In this document: in pieces, positions 9,159 to 17,885 of the stretch
Numbering within the stretch: position 1 is the first letter of the stretch
Layout: each line of letters begins with the position of its first letter
Assembly: GCA_049975285.1 (NCBI GenBank)
Contig: JBNGDQ010000001.1
Span: forward strand, 1 to 38,272
DNA from: Thermoplasmatota archaeon
GTDB lineage: Archaea > Thermoplasmatota > E2 > UBA202 > DSCA01
DNA length: 38,272 nt
Reading direction: 5' to 3'
Notes under the pieces: model-generated
Database searches by the model: none
Told to the model about the DNA's origin: nothing
The model's input: the letters and a program-made list of their open reading frames with translations, nothing else
Made by a program: the position numbers and the translations under genes

Positions 9159-10004
9159 ATGTCGGAGTTGCTGGGCTACGCCGGCGTCATCGCAGCCGTC
9201 CTGGCCTTTGGTACCTACCTCGTGCCGATGCGGCAGCTGGAGCGTTACGAGCCCTTCCTGTACCAGTGGGTGATGTGCACTGCCATCTTCTGTTTTAGTC
9301 TCGTCGCTGCCCTAGCACTGGACGGGCTGACCGTTTCTCTCTACGGCGTGGCGACAGGGCTCCTCTGGACCGCCGGGAACGTGCTCTCCATCATCGCGGT
9401 CCAGCGGACAGGCCTGGCCACCGCATCGCCAATCTGGATGTCCCTGGTGGTGCTCTCCGCCTTCGCCTGGGGTATTTTGTACTTCGGCGAGGAAGTCAGC
9501 TCACCCGGCATGACCGTCGGGGGGCTCGCGTTGCTGATAGCGGGCATCGGAGGCATATCCCTAGTGCGGCGGCAGGGCGGCCCGGTCACCCTGCATGGTA
9601 TCCTGTATGCAGGCCTGGCCGGCGTTACCTTCGGCAGCATGATGGTTCCCTTCAAGCTATCCGGGCTGTCTCCCACGCATTATATTCTCTCGATCGGCGT
9701 CGGCGTCCTGCTGGGCGGCTGGCTGTTGTTCGCCCTGGCGCGCCCTCACCTCGACGGGAGCATCGTTCCCGCGGGGACGGCCTCGGGCGCCATGTGGATG
9801 GCGGGGAACCTGGGCAGCCTCATCGCCGTCGATACCCTCGGGTTGACGGTGGGGCAGCCGCTCACCCAGACGGCGCTGTTCATATCCGTCCTCTGGGGCA
9901 TCATCTACTTTCGAGAGGTACAGAGCCGGCGGGGCATCACGCTGGTGGCGGTCAGCGCCGCCGTGCTCTTCGCCGGGTCAGTGCTGCTCTCGCTGGGCAG
10001 ATGA
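9159..10004 (+). CDS. DMT-superfamily membrane transporter (GRP/TMEM144-like putative sugar transporter)
   Basis: The product is 281 aa with about 10 hydrophobic helices and a two-halves architecture. The segment GNLGSLIAVDTLGLTVGQPLTQTALFISVLWGIIYFRE resembles the sugar-transport GRP family. Substrate is unknown. Confidence 0.6.
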   Translation: MSELLGYAGVIAAVLAFGTYLVPMRQLERYEPFLYQWVMCTAIFCFSLVAALALDGLTVSLYGVATGLLWTAGNVLSIIAVQRTGLATASPIWMSLVVLSAFAWGILYFGEEVSSPGMTVGGLALLIAGIGGISLVRRQGGPVTLHGILYAGLAGVTFGSMMVPFKLSGLSPTHYILSIGVGVLLGGWLLFALARPHLDGSIVPAGTASGAMWMAGNLGSLIAVDTLGLTVGQPLTQTALFISVLWGIIYFREVQSRRGITLVAVSAAVLFAGSVLLSLGR

Positions 10005-10030
10005 GTAATCATGCCGGGCTGGCTGCTCTG

Positions 10031-10816
10031 TTATTCAGCCGTGATTTCCCGCTGAATGACGCGGCTCCATCCCGTCGGCCCGGTGCCGCCAGCAGGGGTA
10101 TATGTTTCTGTGGCGTAGGATCCATCGGGACGGGCGACCAAGTAGGGACGGTCTACTGCGTCGAGCAGAGCGACGTCGTTCGCGGAGTCTCCGATACCGA
10201 CGGTGGTCACGTCGCCGTGTTCCCGCCGGTAGATAGCTGTCAGGATAGCCGCGGCTCGTCCCTTATCATGGTCGCCGGTAAGATGATAATACCGGCCACC
10301 TCGGGTGATGTGCAGCCCGTGTGCTGCAGCGGCCAGCCGTAGTTCCTCCTCCCGGCTTTCGTCGGCAAGGAGGAATGGCTCGTCGTAGTCGCGGTTCAGC
10401 GCCCGGCGAGCCGCAGGCAGGGAGAGACCAGCGCTCCCGGCAAGCTCCCAGGGGGTCATCTGATGGAAGCCCCGGAGGGAGAAGCGCTCCGCCAGGTCGT
10501 CCAGTGCCGCAGTTAACTCGTGATATGGAACCCCAAGCTCGATGACGTGGTAGCTGTCTCTCGTGTGGTCGTGCTCGACGGGGATATCGAAGTATCCGTG
10601 GGGGATGAAGATGCCGCCGCCGTTTTCCGTGATGAAGGGATGATCGTTGCCGAGGCGCCGTCGCCAGTGGATGGTCTCACGGTAGGTTTTGCTGGTGCAG
10701 AAGACCAGAGGGATGCCACGCTCGATGAGCGCCTCCAGGGCCCCCTGTGCCGCGTCGTATGCGTAGGTCTCGCCGTCGAGCAGGGTGCCGTCGAGGTCGG
10801 TGAAAAACACCTTCAT
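10031..10816 (-). CDS. HAD-IIB phosphatase, mannosyl-/glucosyl-3-phosphoglycerate phosphatase family
   Basis: The N-terminus MKVFFTDLDGTLL carries the DxDGT motif. Also present are FCTSKT, ITENGGGIF and GIGDSANDVALL. This is the typical MpgP/GpgP/YedP pattern, and the gene lies in an operon with two glycosyltransferases. Confidence 0.85.
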   Translation of the reverse strand: MKVFFTDLDGTLLDGETYAYDAAQGALEALIERGIPLVFCTSKTYRETIHWRRRLGNDHPFITENGGGIFIPHGYFDIPVEHDHTRDSYHVIELGVPYHELTAALDDLAERFSLRGFHQMTPWELAGSAGLSLPAARRALNRDYDEPFLLADESREEELRLAAAAHGLHITRGGRYYHLTGDHDKGRAAAILTAIYRREHGDVTTVGIGDSANDVALLDAVDRPYLVARPDGSYATETYTPAGGTGPTGWSRVIQREITAE

Positions 10817-10890
10817 AGCGATACTATCATCAGATATGGTTCATATTAACGTTGTGCAGTCATTCCGTGCAGAGAAAAAGGTATACAGCC

Positions 10891-12129
10891 TCATGTGTCC
10901 TGCGGAGGCAGCATGTATTCCTCGAAGATATCGTCGAACACCCGAGCCTGGTGCTGGATGACTGCCTCGGCTTCATCCATGTCCATGTCGGCTGTCTCAT
11001 GCGCGTAGCTGACGAATCGACCGAACCAGAGGGCCTTCGTGGCCTCTAGGATGGCTGTCTTTTCATCGCGGGACTCCGCCTGCCGGTAGGCTATGGCCAG
11101 GCTGTACACGCTTTCCGCCCACAGTTCCGCGTCGAACTGGTCCAGATCGTCCATGCAGCGGTCCAGCCGGTCGACGAGCCGGGATGGCAGCATCGAGCGG
11201 AGGCGGTTCCGGTGCAGGGGGAATTCCTGCCGGAAGGAACAGGCGAGGCGCTGAAGGTCGAGGTTGACCGGCACCGGGTTCTGGGTGAAAAATTCCTTGT
11301 GGCCATAGTGACCGCCGTCGTTACACCGATTACGCCAGACATCCCGATAGAAATCAGCCAGCTCGAACATCTGCCCGGTGACCTGCCGGAACATGGGGAC
11401 CAGCAGCTCCTCCGGCTCCAGGTACCGCGTGGTCGATTCATGAATCTTGAGGGAATAGATACCCTCCCGTATGCGCATGTGTTCCGCTGCTGCGGTGGTC
11501 ACGATGAACACGTCGATGCCGAAGTCATACGGAAACAGGGGATGCCGTCGCAGTGTCTCGTATAGCTCCTGGGACATGCCGAACTCGCCGGCCAGCGGCT
11601 GCCGGATGTCCTGCCCGTAGAGCGCCCGGGTGAATGGATACGCCAGGATGTTGGTGATGACGCCGTCGTACTTATCCCGGATGTAGTAGGGAACGATGAG
11701 CTCGGCGCGGCCGCACAGCACCGGGTAGGAGAACTCCTGCAGCCAGGTGGGCTTGATGCTGAGCAGGTCGCCGTCCACCATGACCAGCGATTTGGCGTCC
11801 AGCTCATGCGCGATCTCCATGATGGTTCGGACCCCGGCTCCTTTGCCGCCAGGGGTCATATCCCGGGTGATGATCTTGGCGATGCCGTTGTGGGGCTTGA
11901 ACAGCTCCGCTAGGTCCAGCGTGCGGTCCTCGGAGAAGCCGTCCGTCACCGCTATAGCCGTCCGGTACTCGGGGAAATACGTGTGCAGGCCCTCGCTCAC
12001 CGTGTTGAGGACATGGAGAATGGTGGCTTCCACGTTTTTGCACAGCACGCCTACCAGGATATCCACGTCTCCAGTCTCCTCTAGCTGTCTGCGTACGTTT
12101 TCATCCAGCGAAACATCGTTTTCATGCAT
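10891..12129 (-). CDS. GT-A fold glycosyltransferase, second synthase-like gene of the compatible-solute operon (possibly glucosylglycerate-synthase-like; tentative)
   Basis: ATG 12129 (MHENDV...) lies 4 nt after the upstream TGA at 12134-12136, so the ORF-track extension to 12204 is unlikely. A nucleotide-sugar-binding N-domain reads DILVGVLCKNVEATI...AVTDGFSEDRT...GGKGAG...VMVDGDL, with a DxD-like element. Confidence 0.65.
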   Translation of the reverse strand: MHENDVSLDENVRRQLEETGDVDILVGVLCKNVEATILHVLNTVSEGLHTYFPEYRTAIAVTDGFSEDRTLDLAELFKPHNGIAKIITRDMTPGGKGAGVRTIMEIAHELDAKSLVMVDGDLLSIKPTWLQEFSYPVLCGRAELIVPYYIRDKYDGVITNILAYPFTRALYGQDIRQPLAGEFGMSQELYETLRRHPLFPYDFGIDVFIVTTAAAEHMRIREGIYSLKIHESTTRYLEPEELLVPMFRQVTGQMFELADFYRDVWRNRCNDGGHYGHKEFFTQNPVPVNLDLQRLACSFRQEFPLHRNRLRSMLPSRLVDRLDRCMDDLDQFDAELWAESVYSLAIAYRQAESRDEKTAILEATKALWFGRFVSYAHETADMDMDEAEAVIQHQARVFDDIFEEYMLPPQDT

Positions 12130-12133
12130 GATA

Positions 12134-13336
12134 TCACAGGTCATTCTGTTCGAGGACGATGTCGAGCAGCCGGCTCCGTATCTTTTTCTTCGCCGACATG
12201 GCACGGAGCCAGTCAGGCAGCCGCGTGCCCACGGGCTTTTTCAGATACGCAGTACCGGCATCGAGCAGGTTATCACTGAAGCGCTCCGCCAGGGTTTCCT
12301 CCATATGACGGTCGAAGTGGAGGCCGTTGAGCTGCGCATCAGCATTGTACTGCCGGATGCAATCCTGAGCTCGCCGCTGGTAGACGACCTGGAGAGAGGT
12401 AAGAAACGTTTCCGAGATCTGGAGGTAGTCGGTTTCGATGAGCGCCCGGAGGAGCGTCTTGAATATGTCCCGGGACATCTTTATCAGCCCCTCGGAGGGA
12501 TCACCGATCTGCTGGTGCTTGTGATCATAGAATCCCAGGTCGGTCTGGCAGATGCGTTTCCGAGTGATGTTGCGGTATACCTCTGCCAGGATGCCGACTT
12601 CCAGCCCCCAGTCGCTGGGGATGTCAAGGTCGAGGGCGATGTCGCTGGTCAGGGCGAACTCTCCGGAGAGAGGATACCGGAATGAGCGAAGGAAGCGGAT
12701 GAAGTCTGATTCAGCCTTGGTCTCTTCGGTTAATGCCTGCAGGAGCGGGTTGAGGAACAGGCGGAACACCCGCCCGTAGAGCTGTCGTTCCTCGAAGCTG
12801 ATGCGGGCATAGTAGCCCTTGTTGAACTTGAAGTCGAGCTCCGGGTCGAGCAGTGGAAAGGCCAGCTTGGCGGGATACATCCGGGTGTAGCTCTTGATGT
12901 CGGCATCGTGGACCACGATGGCGTAGGAGCGAAGCGTGGCGATGCCGAACGCCAGCCAGACGTCGCGTCCCTTCCCCGGGGCAGTGACATAGTCCAGTCC
13001 TTCATCCCGCAGTTCCTCCAGCAGCTCCTGTATCTCTGGTCCATTGCACCACATGACCATGCTGGGGACGTCGAGACGGGAAAAAAACTGCTTTACCTCC
13101 TCGAACTGCTCTTCGCTGTCGGCGGACAGGGACACGATGACTTCCTTAAGGAAATCGCAGGCGTTGAGCTCGCTGACGATGGTGTCCAGCGCGTCATTCT
13201 GAAGCTCCTGGTAGAGCATGGGAAGCACCACGGACACCGGCCGTTCCTCGGCTGCTGCCCGGACGCTGTCCAGCAGCGATGCTTCATCCCGGGTCAGGCA
13301 ATGAAGTGTCGTGATTTCTTCTTGTTTTATATCCAT
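12134..13336 (-). CDS. Glucosyl-3-phosphoglycerate synthase / mannosyl-3-phosphoglycerate synthase-family glycosyltransferase
   Basis: Family-type segments are VSVVLPMLYQE..., GKGRDVWLAFG, VVHDADI (DxD) and FNKGYYARI. The preferred start is ATG 13336 (MDIKQEE), with AGGAG 9 nt upstream. The TATA-like box at 13415-13423 is too close to ATG 13402 for that codon to lie in the transcript. Confidence 0.75.
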   Translation of the reverse strand: MDIKQEEITTLHCLTRDEASLLDSVRAAAEERPVSVVLPMLYQELQNDALDTIVSELNACDFLKEVIVSLSADSEEQFEEVKQFFSRLDVPSMVMWCNGPEIQELLEELRDEGLDYVTAPGKGRDVWLAFGIATLRSYAIVVHDADIKSYTRMYPAKLAFPLLDPELDFKFNKGYYARISFEERQLYGRVFRLFLNPLLQALTEETKAESDFIRFLRSFRYPLSGEFALTSDIALDLDIPSDWGLEVGILAEVYRNITRKRICQTDLGFYDHKHQQIGDPSEGLIKMSRDIFKTLLRALIETDYLQISETFLTSLQVVYQRRAQDCIRQYNADAQLNGLHFDRHMEETLAERFSDNLLDAGTAYLKKPVGTRLPDWLRAMSAKKKIRSRLLDIVLEQNDL

Positions 13337-13414
13337 GACATCACGCTCCTGCTGGTGTGCCGCTCCCGTCGAGCGGCTTGACGTGTAGGCGTGCCGTGAC
13401 ATGAGGCTTGTCCA

Positions 13415-13423
13415 TTATAAATG
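13415..13423 (-). promoter_or_regulatory. TATA-like box (minus-strand TTTATAAT) for the compatible-solute operon
   Basis: This is the only A/T-rich octamer upstream of the operon. The predicted TSS near 13393 supports the 13336 start. Confidence 0.4.
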
Positions 13424-13633
13424 TATTGTCTCGGCCTTTCTTTCATCGGAGGAATAAGGCGTAGAGTATCAGGCTGGCAATCACCAGGAACAGGACGCCC
13501 ACAGCGGCCAGCATGAGGGCTCGTTGCCTCCAGTCACGGCCGATGAGAAACGCCCCGTGCATGGTTCCACCTGGCAGTATACTTGCTGCGGACAAAAAAG
13601 TGTTCAAGGAGACCCTAGGAGACCCTGCATCTT

Positions 13634-14461
13634 TTATTCATCATTCTCGGGCAAAGCCCGGCGCTTCGTCTGCCCGGCGAGCATATGTGCCCGTCGTATC
13701 GGCTCCGGGATGCGATGACGGCACCCGTGCTCCGTGATGGATGCCGCGGTCTCCAGCGAGATGCGGTGACCGGGTGAGACATATACGGGATTGTTTGTAC
13801 CGCAGCAGACAGCCGTCCTCCGCCCGTTGAGGTATACATATCGGTTGCATATCTCGCCGCAGAGAAGGGACTTAGCGACGCCGATGACGGGCAGGTCATG
13901 CAGCACGCCGACATGCGATGCCAGCCCGAAGCCATATGGATGCAGGATGCCGTTGCCGTCCACCATGACCAGCGACGGCGTCTCCCCGTCGAGGAGCACC
14001 TCGAGCACGGGAAGCTCCCGGTAGGATAAATACGTGGAAATATAGGGAAACCGGGTCTCCATCTGGATGGCCTTGATGGCGGTGACCTCGCCGTCCATAT
14101 CCATCTCCACGTAGGCTCCGTAGGCTGTCTGACCCTGATAGGCGACGTCGACGCCTGCAATGGTGGCTATCTCATCGAAATCATCGCTGATGACCACTGC
14201 ATCGCGGAGCCTTTGCTGCTCGGCGCGCAATCGCTGGAGGGGCGCCTGGCCGGCAAAATCAGTGAATAGCTCCCTCCCGGCGGCGCTGCCCATGGCAACG
14301 ATGCAGTCTCCCCGGCCGGCGTGCGTCAGCACTCGTTGCACCGCCCGAGCTGCCCGGTGGTCGCCCAGCGCTTCCGCTATCGCTTCAGGAGTAGTGACTG
14401 CTCCATGGGGAACCTGGTCGGCCAGCTCGATGATGTCCTGGTATAGGTCCACGTGCTTCAA
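13634..14461 (-). CDS. nfi: Endonuclease V with an N-terminal MGMT/ATL-like DNA-binding domain (fusion protein)
   Basis: The C-terminal roughly 200 aa carry EndoV motifs: GVDVAY, YLSYRELP, VMVDGNGILHPYGFGLASHVG and VIGVAKS. N-terminal residues about 15-60, VPHGAVTTPEAIAEALGDHRAARAV, match the MGMT helix-turn-helix/'RAV' region. The canonical PCHRV site is replaced by GDCIVAM. The ORF starts at a non-ATG codon (TTG 14461 or GTG 14452). Confidence 0.85.
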   Translation of the reverse strand: MKHVDLYQDIIELADQVPHGAVTTPEAIAEALGDHRAARAVQRVLTHAGRGDCIVAMGSAAGRELFTDFAGQAPLQRLRAEQQRLRDAVVISDDFDEIATIAGVDVAYQGQTAYGAYVEMDMDGEVTAIKAIQMETRFPYISTYLSYRELPVLEVLLDGETPSLVMVDGNGILHPYGFGLASHVGVLHDLPVIGVAKSLLCGEICNRYVYLNGRRTAVCCGTNNPVYVSPGHRISLETAASITEHGCRHRIPEPIRRAHMLAGQTKRRALPENDE

Positions 14462-14500
14462 CCACGGCGGGCTTTATCAACCTAATGGCGGACTGCGTTG

Positions 14501-15709
14501 CTAGGCGCCGTATTTTTCCAGGCGGCCCGCGTGGGCAAGCGCCAGTCCCATGAGGTGTATACCGGGGCGGATGCCCAGGCCGCCGTGCAGGCAGGCTGCC
14601 TCGTCGAACGTCGTCACCCGGTCCCGGCGGGCATGCCGGGCTTTGAGGAGCACGGGAACGGGATGCCAGCTGTGCGTGGCCATGGCTGCCGGGGTGGAAT
14701 GATCCGCGGTGACCACGAACACCTCGGGCTCCAGCTCGAGCAACGCCGGGATGAGCGCGTCGGCTGCCTCGATGGCCTCGACCTTGGCGTCGAAGTCGCC
14801 GTCCTCGCCGCGGCTGTCCGTAGGCTTCACGTGGAGGAAATAGAAGTCATGCGTATCCCGGTAGCCTCTCGCCACCACGGCATAGTTGTCGAGCGTCATG
14901 GCTGGCTCGTGTACGTCCATGCCCACCAGGCGGCTGACGCCTCGATACATGGGATACTGGGCCAGGCAGACGCCGTGCAGACCGAAGCGCTCCTCCAGCG
15001 TGGGCCATTGCTGGTAGGTATCGAAGCCGCGGAGGAGCACCGTGTTGGCTGTCTCTCCCGTCAATGCATCGTTGACCTGCTCGATGAATGAGGCGACAAG
15101 GTCCGCCGTTTTACGGCTACCGTCGCTGCGGGGCTGCGGCGCCCGAGCGGGCTGACCGGTCACCTGTGGATCGGTGTCCGTGATGTCGCCGTTCAGGCCA
15201 GGGCCACGCAACACGAGCAGCGCCCGGTGTTCCTTGACCGTCTGGATGTAAAACGTGCCGTCGAAGGCGAGATTGATGCTGTCTCGGAGGAGGCCGCAGA
15301 GCCGCTCATTCGTCGAGGTGGATATACGCCCGGCCCGCCGGTCAATGATGACGCCGTCGTCCATCGAGGCGAAATTGATGCGAGCGGCCACGTCGCCGGG
15401 CTGGAGGTCAAAGTCGATGCCCAGCGCGGCCAGGATGCCCCGCCCCACGGTGTAGCGCAATGGGTCGTAACCGAACAGGGCGAGGTGACCGGGGCCGCTG
15501 CCGGGCGTGATTCCGGGGCCGACGGGCTCCAGGAGACCGCAAACAGACTGGTCGGCCAGCGCGTCGAGATGCGGGGTGTCCGCCGCCTCCAACTCCGTTT
15601 CACCGTGCTCATTGGGCAGGCCGCCGATGCCGTCGATGACGAGGTATAGAATGTCGTCGCCGGGTCGGGCCAGGTCTTCCCAGGTTTCGGTTACGTCCTG
15701 CGCTACCAT
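14501..15709 (-). CDS. apgM: 2,3-bisphosphoglycerate-independent phosphoglycerate mutase, archaeal type
   Basis: The product is 402 aa. Family segments are ILYLVIDGIGGLPN, TPHLDALA and the C-terminal VVTADHSTP...HSWHPVP. This is the typical ApgM family pattern. Confidence 0.93.
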   Translation of the reverse strand: MVAQDVTETWEDLARPGDDILYLVIDGIGGLPNEHGETELEAADTPHLDALADQSVCGLLEPVGPGITPGSGPGHLALFGYDPLRYTVGRGILAALGIDFDLQPGDVAARINFASMDDGVIIDRRAGRISTSTNERLCGLLRDSINLAFDGTFYIQTVKEHRALLVLRGPGLNGDITDTDPQVTGQPARAPQPRSDGSRKTADLVASFIEQVNDALTGETANTVLLRGFDTYQQWPTLEERFGLHGVCLAQYPMYRGVSRLVGMDVHEPAMTLDNYAVVARGYRDTHDFYFLHVKPTDSRGEDGDFDAKVEAIEAADALIPALLELEPEVFVVTADHSTPAAMATHSWHPVPVLLKARHARRDRVTTFDEAACLHGGLGIRPGIHLMGLALAHAGRLEKYGA

Positions 15710-15762
15710 GCAGATGAAACAGGGTCAGCGATTATAACGATTTCCATGAAAAAACAGCTGGT

Positions 15763-15984
15763 TTATCGGGGTTCCGTCCACCGGAAGTATTTGGTGCCGT
15801 CGCGTTCCTCTGCTGTCAGGTATTCCTGTTTGAGCAGCGAGGTCACCACTCCAGTTACTTTTTTGACGGGGAGATCGATGACGTCGGCTATCTCGGACAT
15901 CGTGTACTGGGCGAAGGGCGGCGTTATCTGGAAGAATGCCGTAACTCGCTCTTTGGGGGATCCCTGAGTGACCAGTGTCTTCAT
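15763..15984 (-). CDS. Small winged-helix DNA-binding protein (73 aa), hypothetical
   Basis: The segment YTMSEIADVIDLPVKKVTGVVTSLLKQEYLTAEERDGTKYFRW looks like helix-turn-helix plus wing. A TATA-like box at 16027-16033 lies about 45 nt upstream. The same-size ORF on the opposite strand has no recognisable features. Confidence 0.5.
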   Translation of the reverse strand: MKTLVTQGSPKERVTAFFQITPPFAQYTMSEIADVIDLPVKKVTGVVTSLLKQEYLTAEERDGTKYFRWTEPR

Positions 15985-16063
15985 GGGACATGTATGCAGT
16001 GATGGCTTGTTAACTTTACTGGTCGGTATAAAAGAGAAGAATAAAAGAGGAAAAAGGGAGGGT

Positions 16064-16456
16064 TTAGTCTTTGCCGACGTCCCAGATAGCCTTGATGGCG
16101 ATGAGGCCAGCCAGCGGAGCGATGAATATGCCCAGCGTGTAGACGATTTGTGCCAGGTAGGGACCGAACCATTTGACGTTCCCCAGCGAGGTCACGGCAC
16201 TCAACGCTATGATTATGATCGTCGACATCATGAACATCGGCATCTCTTTTTCAGTTATGGTTCCACGTCCCATCAGTACCAGTATGCCGGCGATGAAACC
16301 GACGATGCCCAGGATGACTTCGACGCCGCCTCGTATGTCGTCGTCGACCGGGTCTATCCGTCCGTCTGCAATGGCTCCAAATATCAGTCCAGCTATCAGT
16401 GCTATTACTATTCCAATCAGGAATAGCCAGCTACTTATTTTTTTCCACATTTTCAT
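16064..16456 (-). CDS. Small integral membrane protein (4 predicted TM helices), unknown function
   Basis: GAGGGG sits directly upstream of ATG 16456. Hydrophobic segments are SSWLFLIGIVIALIAGLIFGAI, VEVILGIVGFIAGILVLM, MFMMSTIIIIALSAV and IVYTLGIFIAPLAGLIAI. Confidence 0.6.
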   Translation of the reverse strand: MKMWKKISSWLFLIGIVIALIAGLIFGAIADGRIDPVDDDIRGGVEVILGIVGFIAGILVLMGRGTITEKEMPMFMMSTIIIIALSAVTSLGNVKWFGPYLAQIVYTLGIFIAPLAGLIAIKAIWDVGKD

Positions 16457-16504
16457 CCCCTCATTTTTGGCCTTTTAAGGCACTCTGCTAATTGTTGCCA
16501 CGTT

Positions 16505-16548
16505 ATTTAAATATGTCGATATTTTCCGTCGGAGAGACTTTTTAAATA
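16505..16548. promoter_or_regulatory. Divergent promoter region with two TATA-like boxes (ATTTAAATAT 16505-16514; TTTTAAATA 16540-16548)
   Basis: The 16540-16548 box is about 23 nt upstream of ugd ATG 16567. The 16505-16514 box is about 50 nt from the minus-strand ATG 16456, which has an SD. Confidence 0.45.
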
Positions 16549-16566
16549 GAGCCCTGTTTCCCGCCT

Positions 16567-17841
16567 ATGAAATTATGTGTCATCGGCGCTGGCTATGTGG
16601 GCGTCGTGACCGGGGTCTGCTTCGCTAACGACGGCCACCAAGTGACCTTCATCGACATCGACCAGGAGAAGATAGCCCGGCTCAACGACGGCGTGGCTCC
16701 CATCTACGAGGAGGGCCTCCAGGACATACTCCAGCGCAACCGGGAGCGGCTCAGGGCCACGGATGACTACGCTGCAGTCGAGGAGGCCGAGGCTGTCTTC
16801 ATCTGTGTGGGGACACCCTCCCGGGAGGACGGCGGCATCGACCTGTCATATGTGCAGGAGGCAACCCGGCAGATCGGCGGACATCTCGGCCAGGCCTGGC
16901 AGCTCATCGTCGTCAAGAGCACCGTGGTACCGGGAACCACTGATGGCATCGTCACGAGGCTGCTGGAGGAGACAAGCGGGAGAACCGCCGGCAGGGATTT
17001 CAGTGTAGCCATGAATCCTGAGTTTCTGCGAGAGGGCATCGCCATCCAGGATTTCCGGCAGCCGGACCGCATCGTTATCGGCGTTCACAATCAGCAGGCG
17101 GAGGAGCTCCTCAGGCAGCTCTACCAGCCCTACAATGCCCCCATCTATACGACGACGCCGACGGCAGCGGAGATGGTCAAATACGCCAGCAATGCCCTGC
17201 TGGCCACCAAGATATCCTATGCAAACGAGATTGGGAATCTCTGTAAAAAGCACGGCATCGACGTCTACCAGGTGATGGAAGCTGTCGGGCTGGATCACCG
17301 TATCTCTCCGCATTTTTTGCGGGCTGGCGCAGGCTTCGGGGGCTCCTGTTTCCCCAAGGACGTCCGGGCGCTCATCACAGCAGGCAGTGACGCCGGACAT
17401 GAGATGCATCTCCTCCGCTCAGTGATGCAGGTCAATAAGGAGCAACCCCATCGCATGCTCGAGCTGCTCAAGAAACACCTGGGAAACCTAGAGGAGGCAC
17501 GTATCAGTGTGCTCGGCCTGGCGTTCAAACCCAACACGGATGATATACGCGAGAGCCGCTCGATTCCCGTCATCCAAGCATTGATAGAGCAGGGCGCCAC
17601 CGTGGCTGCCTATGATCCCATGGCGACAGAGAACATGCGCCGCCTGTACCCTGACATCGAGTACAGGAACAGCCCGGAAGAGGCCCTGGAAAACGCGGAG
17701 GGTTGCCTAGTCATGACGGACTGGCCCGTGTTCAAGAACCTGGACTTCAGCGGCATGGCACGGCCGGTGGTCATCGATGGCCGGCGCATCATACCAGAGG
17801 ACCAGCACCAGGATATCATATATGAGGGCATCTGCTGGTAG
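16567..17841 (+). CDS. ugd: UDP-glucose 6-dehydrogenase / nucleotide-sugar dehydrogenase
   Basis: It has the NAD-binding N-terminus MKLCVIGAGYVGV and the catalytic-Cys motif GFGGSCFPKD. The 424-aa product has a three-domain length typical of the UDPGDH family. Confidence 0.92.
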   Translation: MKLCVIGAGYVGVVTGVCFANDGHQVTFIDIDQEKIARLNDGVAPIYEEGLQDILQRNRERLRATDDYAAVEEAEAVFICVGTPSREDGGIDLSYVQEATRQIGGHLGQAWQLIVVKSTVVPGTTDGIVTRLLEETSGRTAGRDFSVAMNPEFLREGIAIQDFRQPDRIVIGVHNQQAEELLRQLYQPYNAPIYTTTPTAAEMVKYASNALLATKISYANEIGNLCKKHGIDVYQVMEAVGLDHRISPHFLRAGAGFGGSCFPKDVRALITAGSDAGHEMHLLRSVMQVNKEQPHRMLELLKKHLGNLEEARISVLGLAFKPNTDDIRESRSIPVIQALIEQGATVAAYDPMATENMRRLYPDIEYRNSPEEALENAEGCLVMTDWPVFKNLDFSGMARPVVIDGRRIIPEDQHQDIIYEGICW

Positions 17842-17885
17842 TCCCGGCAACATTTAAGTAGCATCATTTCTTTTTCCCAACTGAT

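Noticed and set aside
12130-13402. Upstream extensions of the two glycosyltransferase ORFs (to 12204 and 13402), which would create a 71-nt gene overlap
   Set aside because: ATG 12129 lies 4 nt after the upstream stop. ATG 13336 has an AGGAG SD, and the TATA-like box at 13415-13423 is too close to 13402.
13513-13737. Plus-strand ORFs 13513..13737 and 13524..13718 in the EndoV 3' spacer
   Set aside because: They overlap the 3' end of the EndoV gene in antisense. Their composition is Arg/Pro/Ser-rich and no signals were found.
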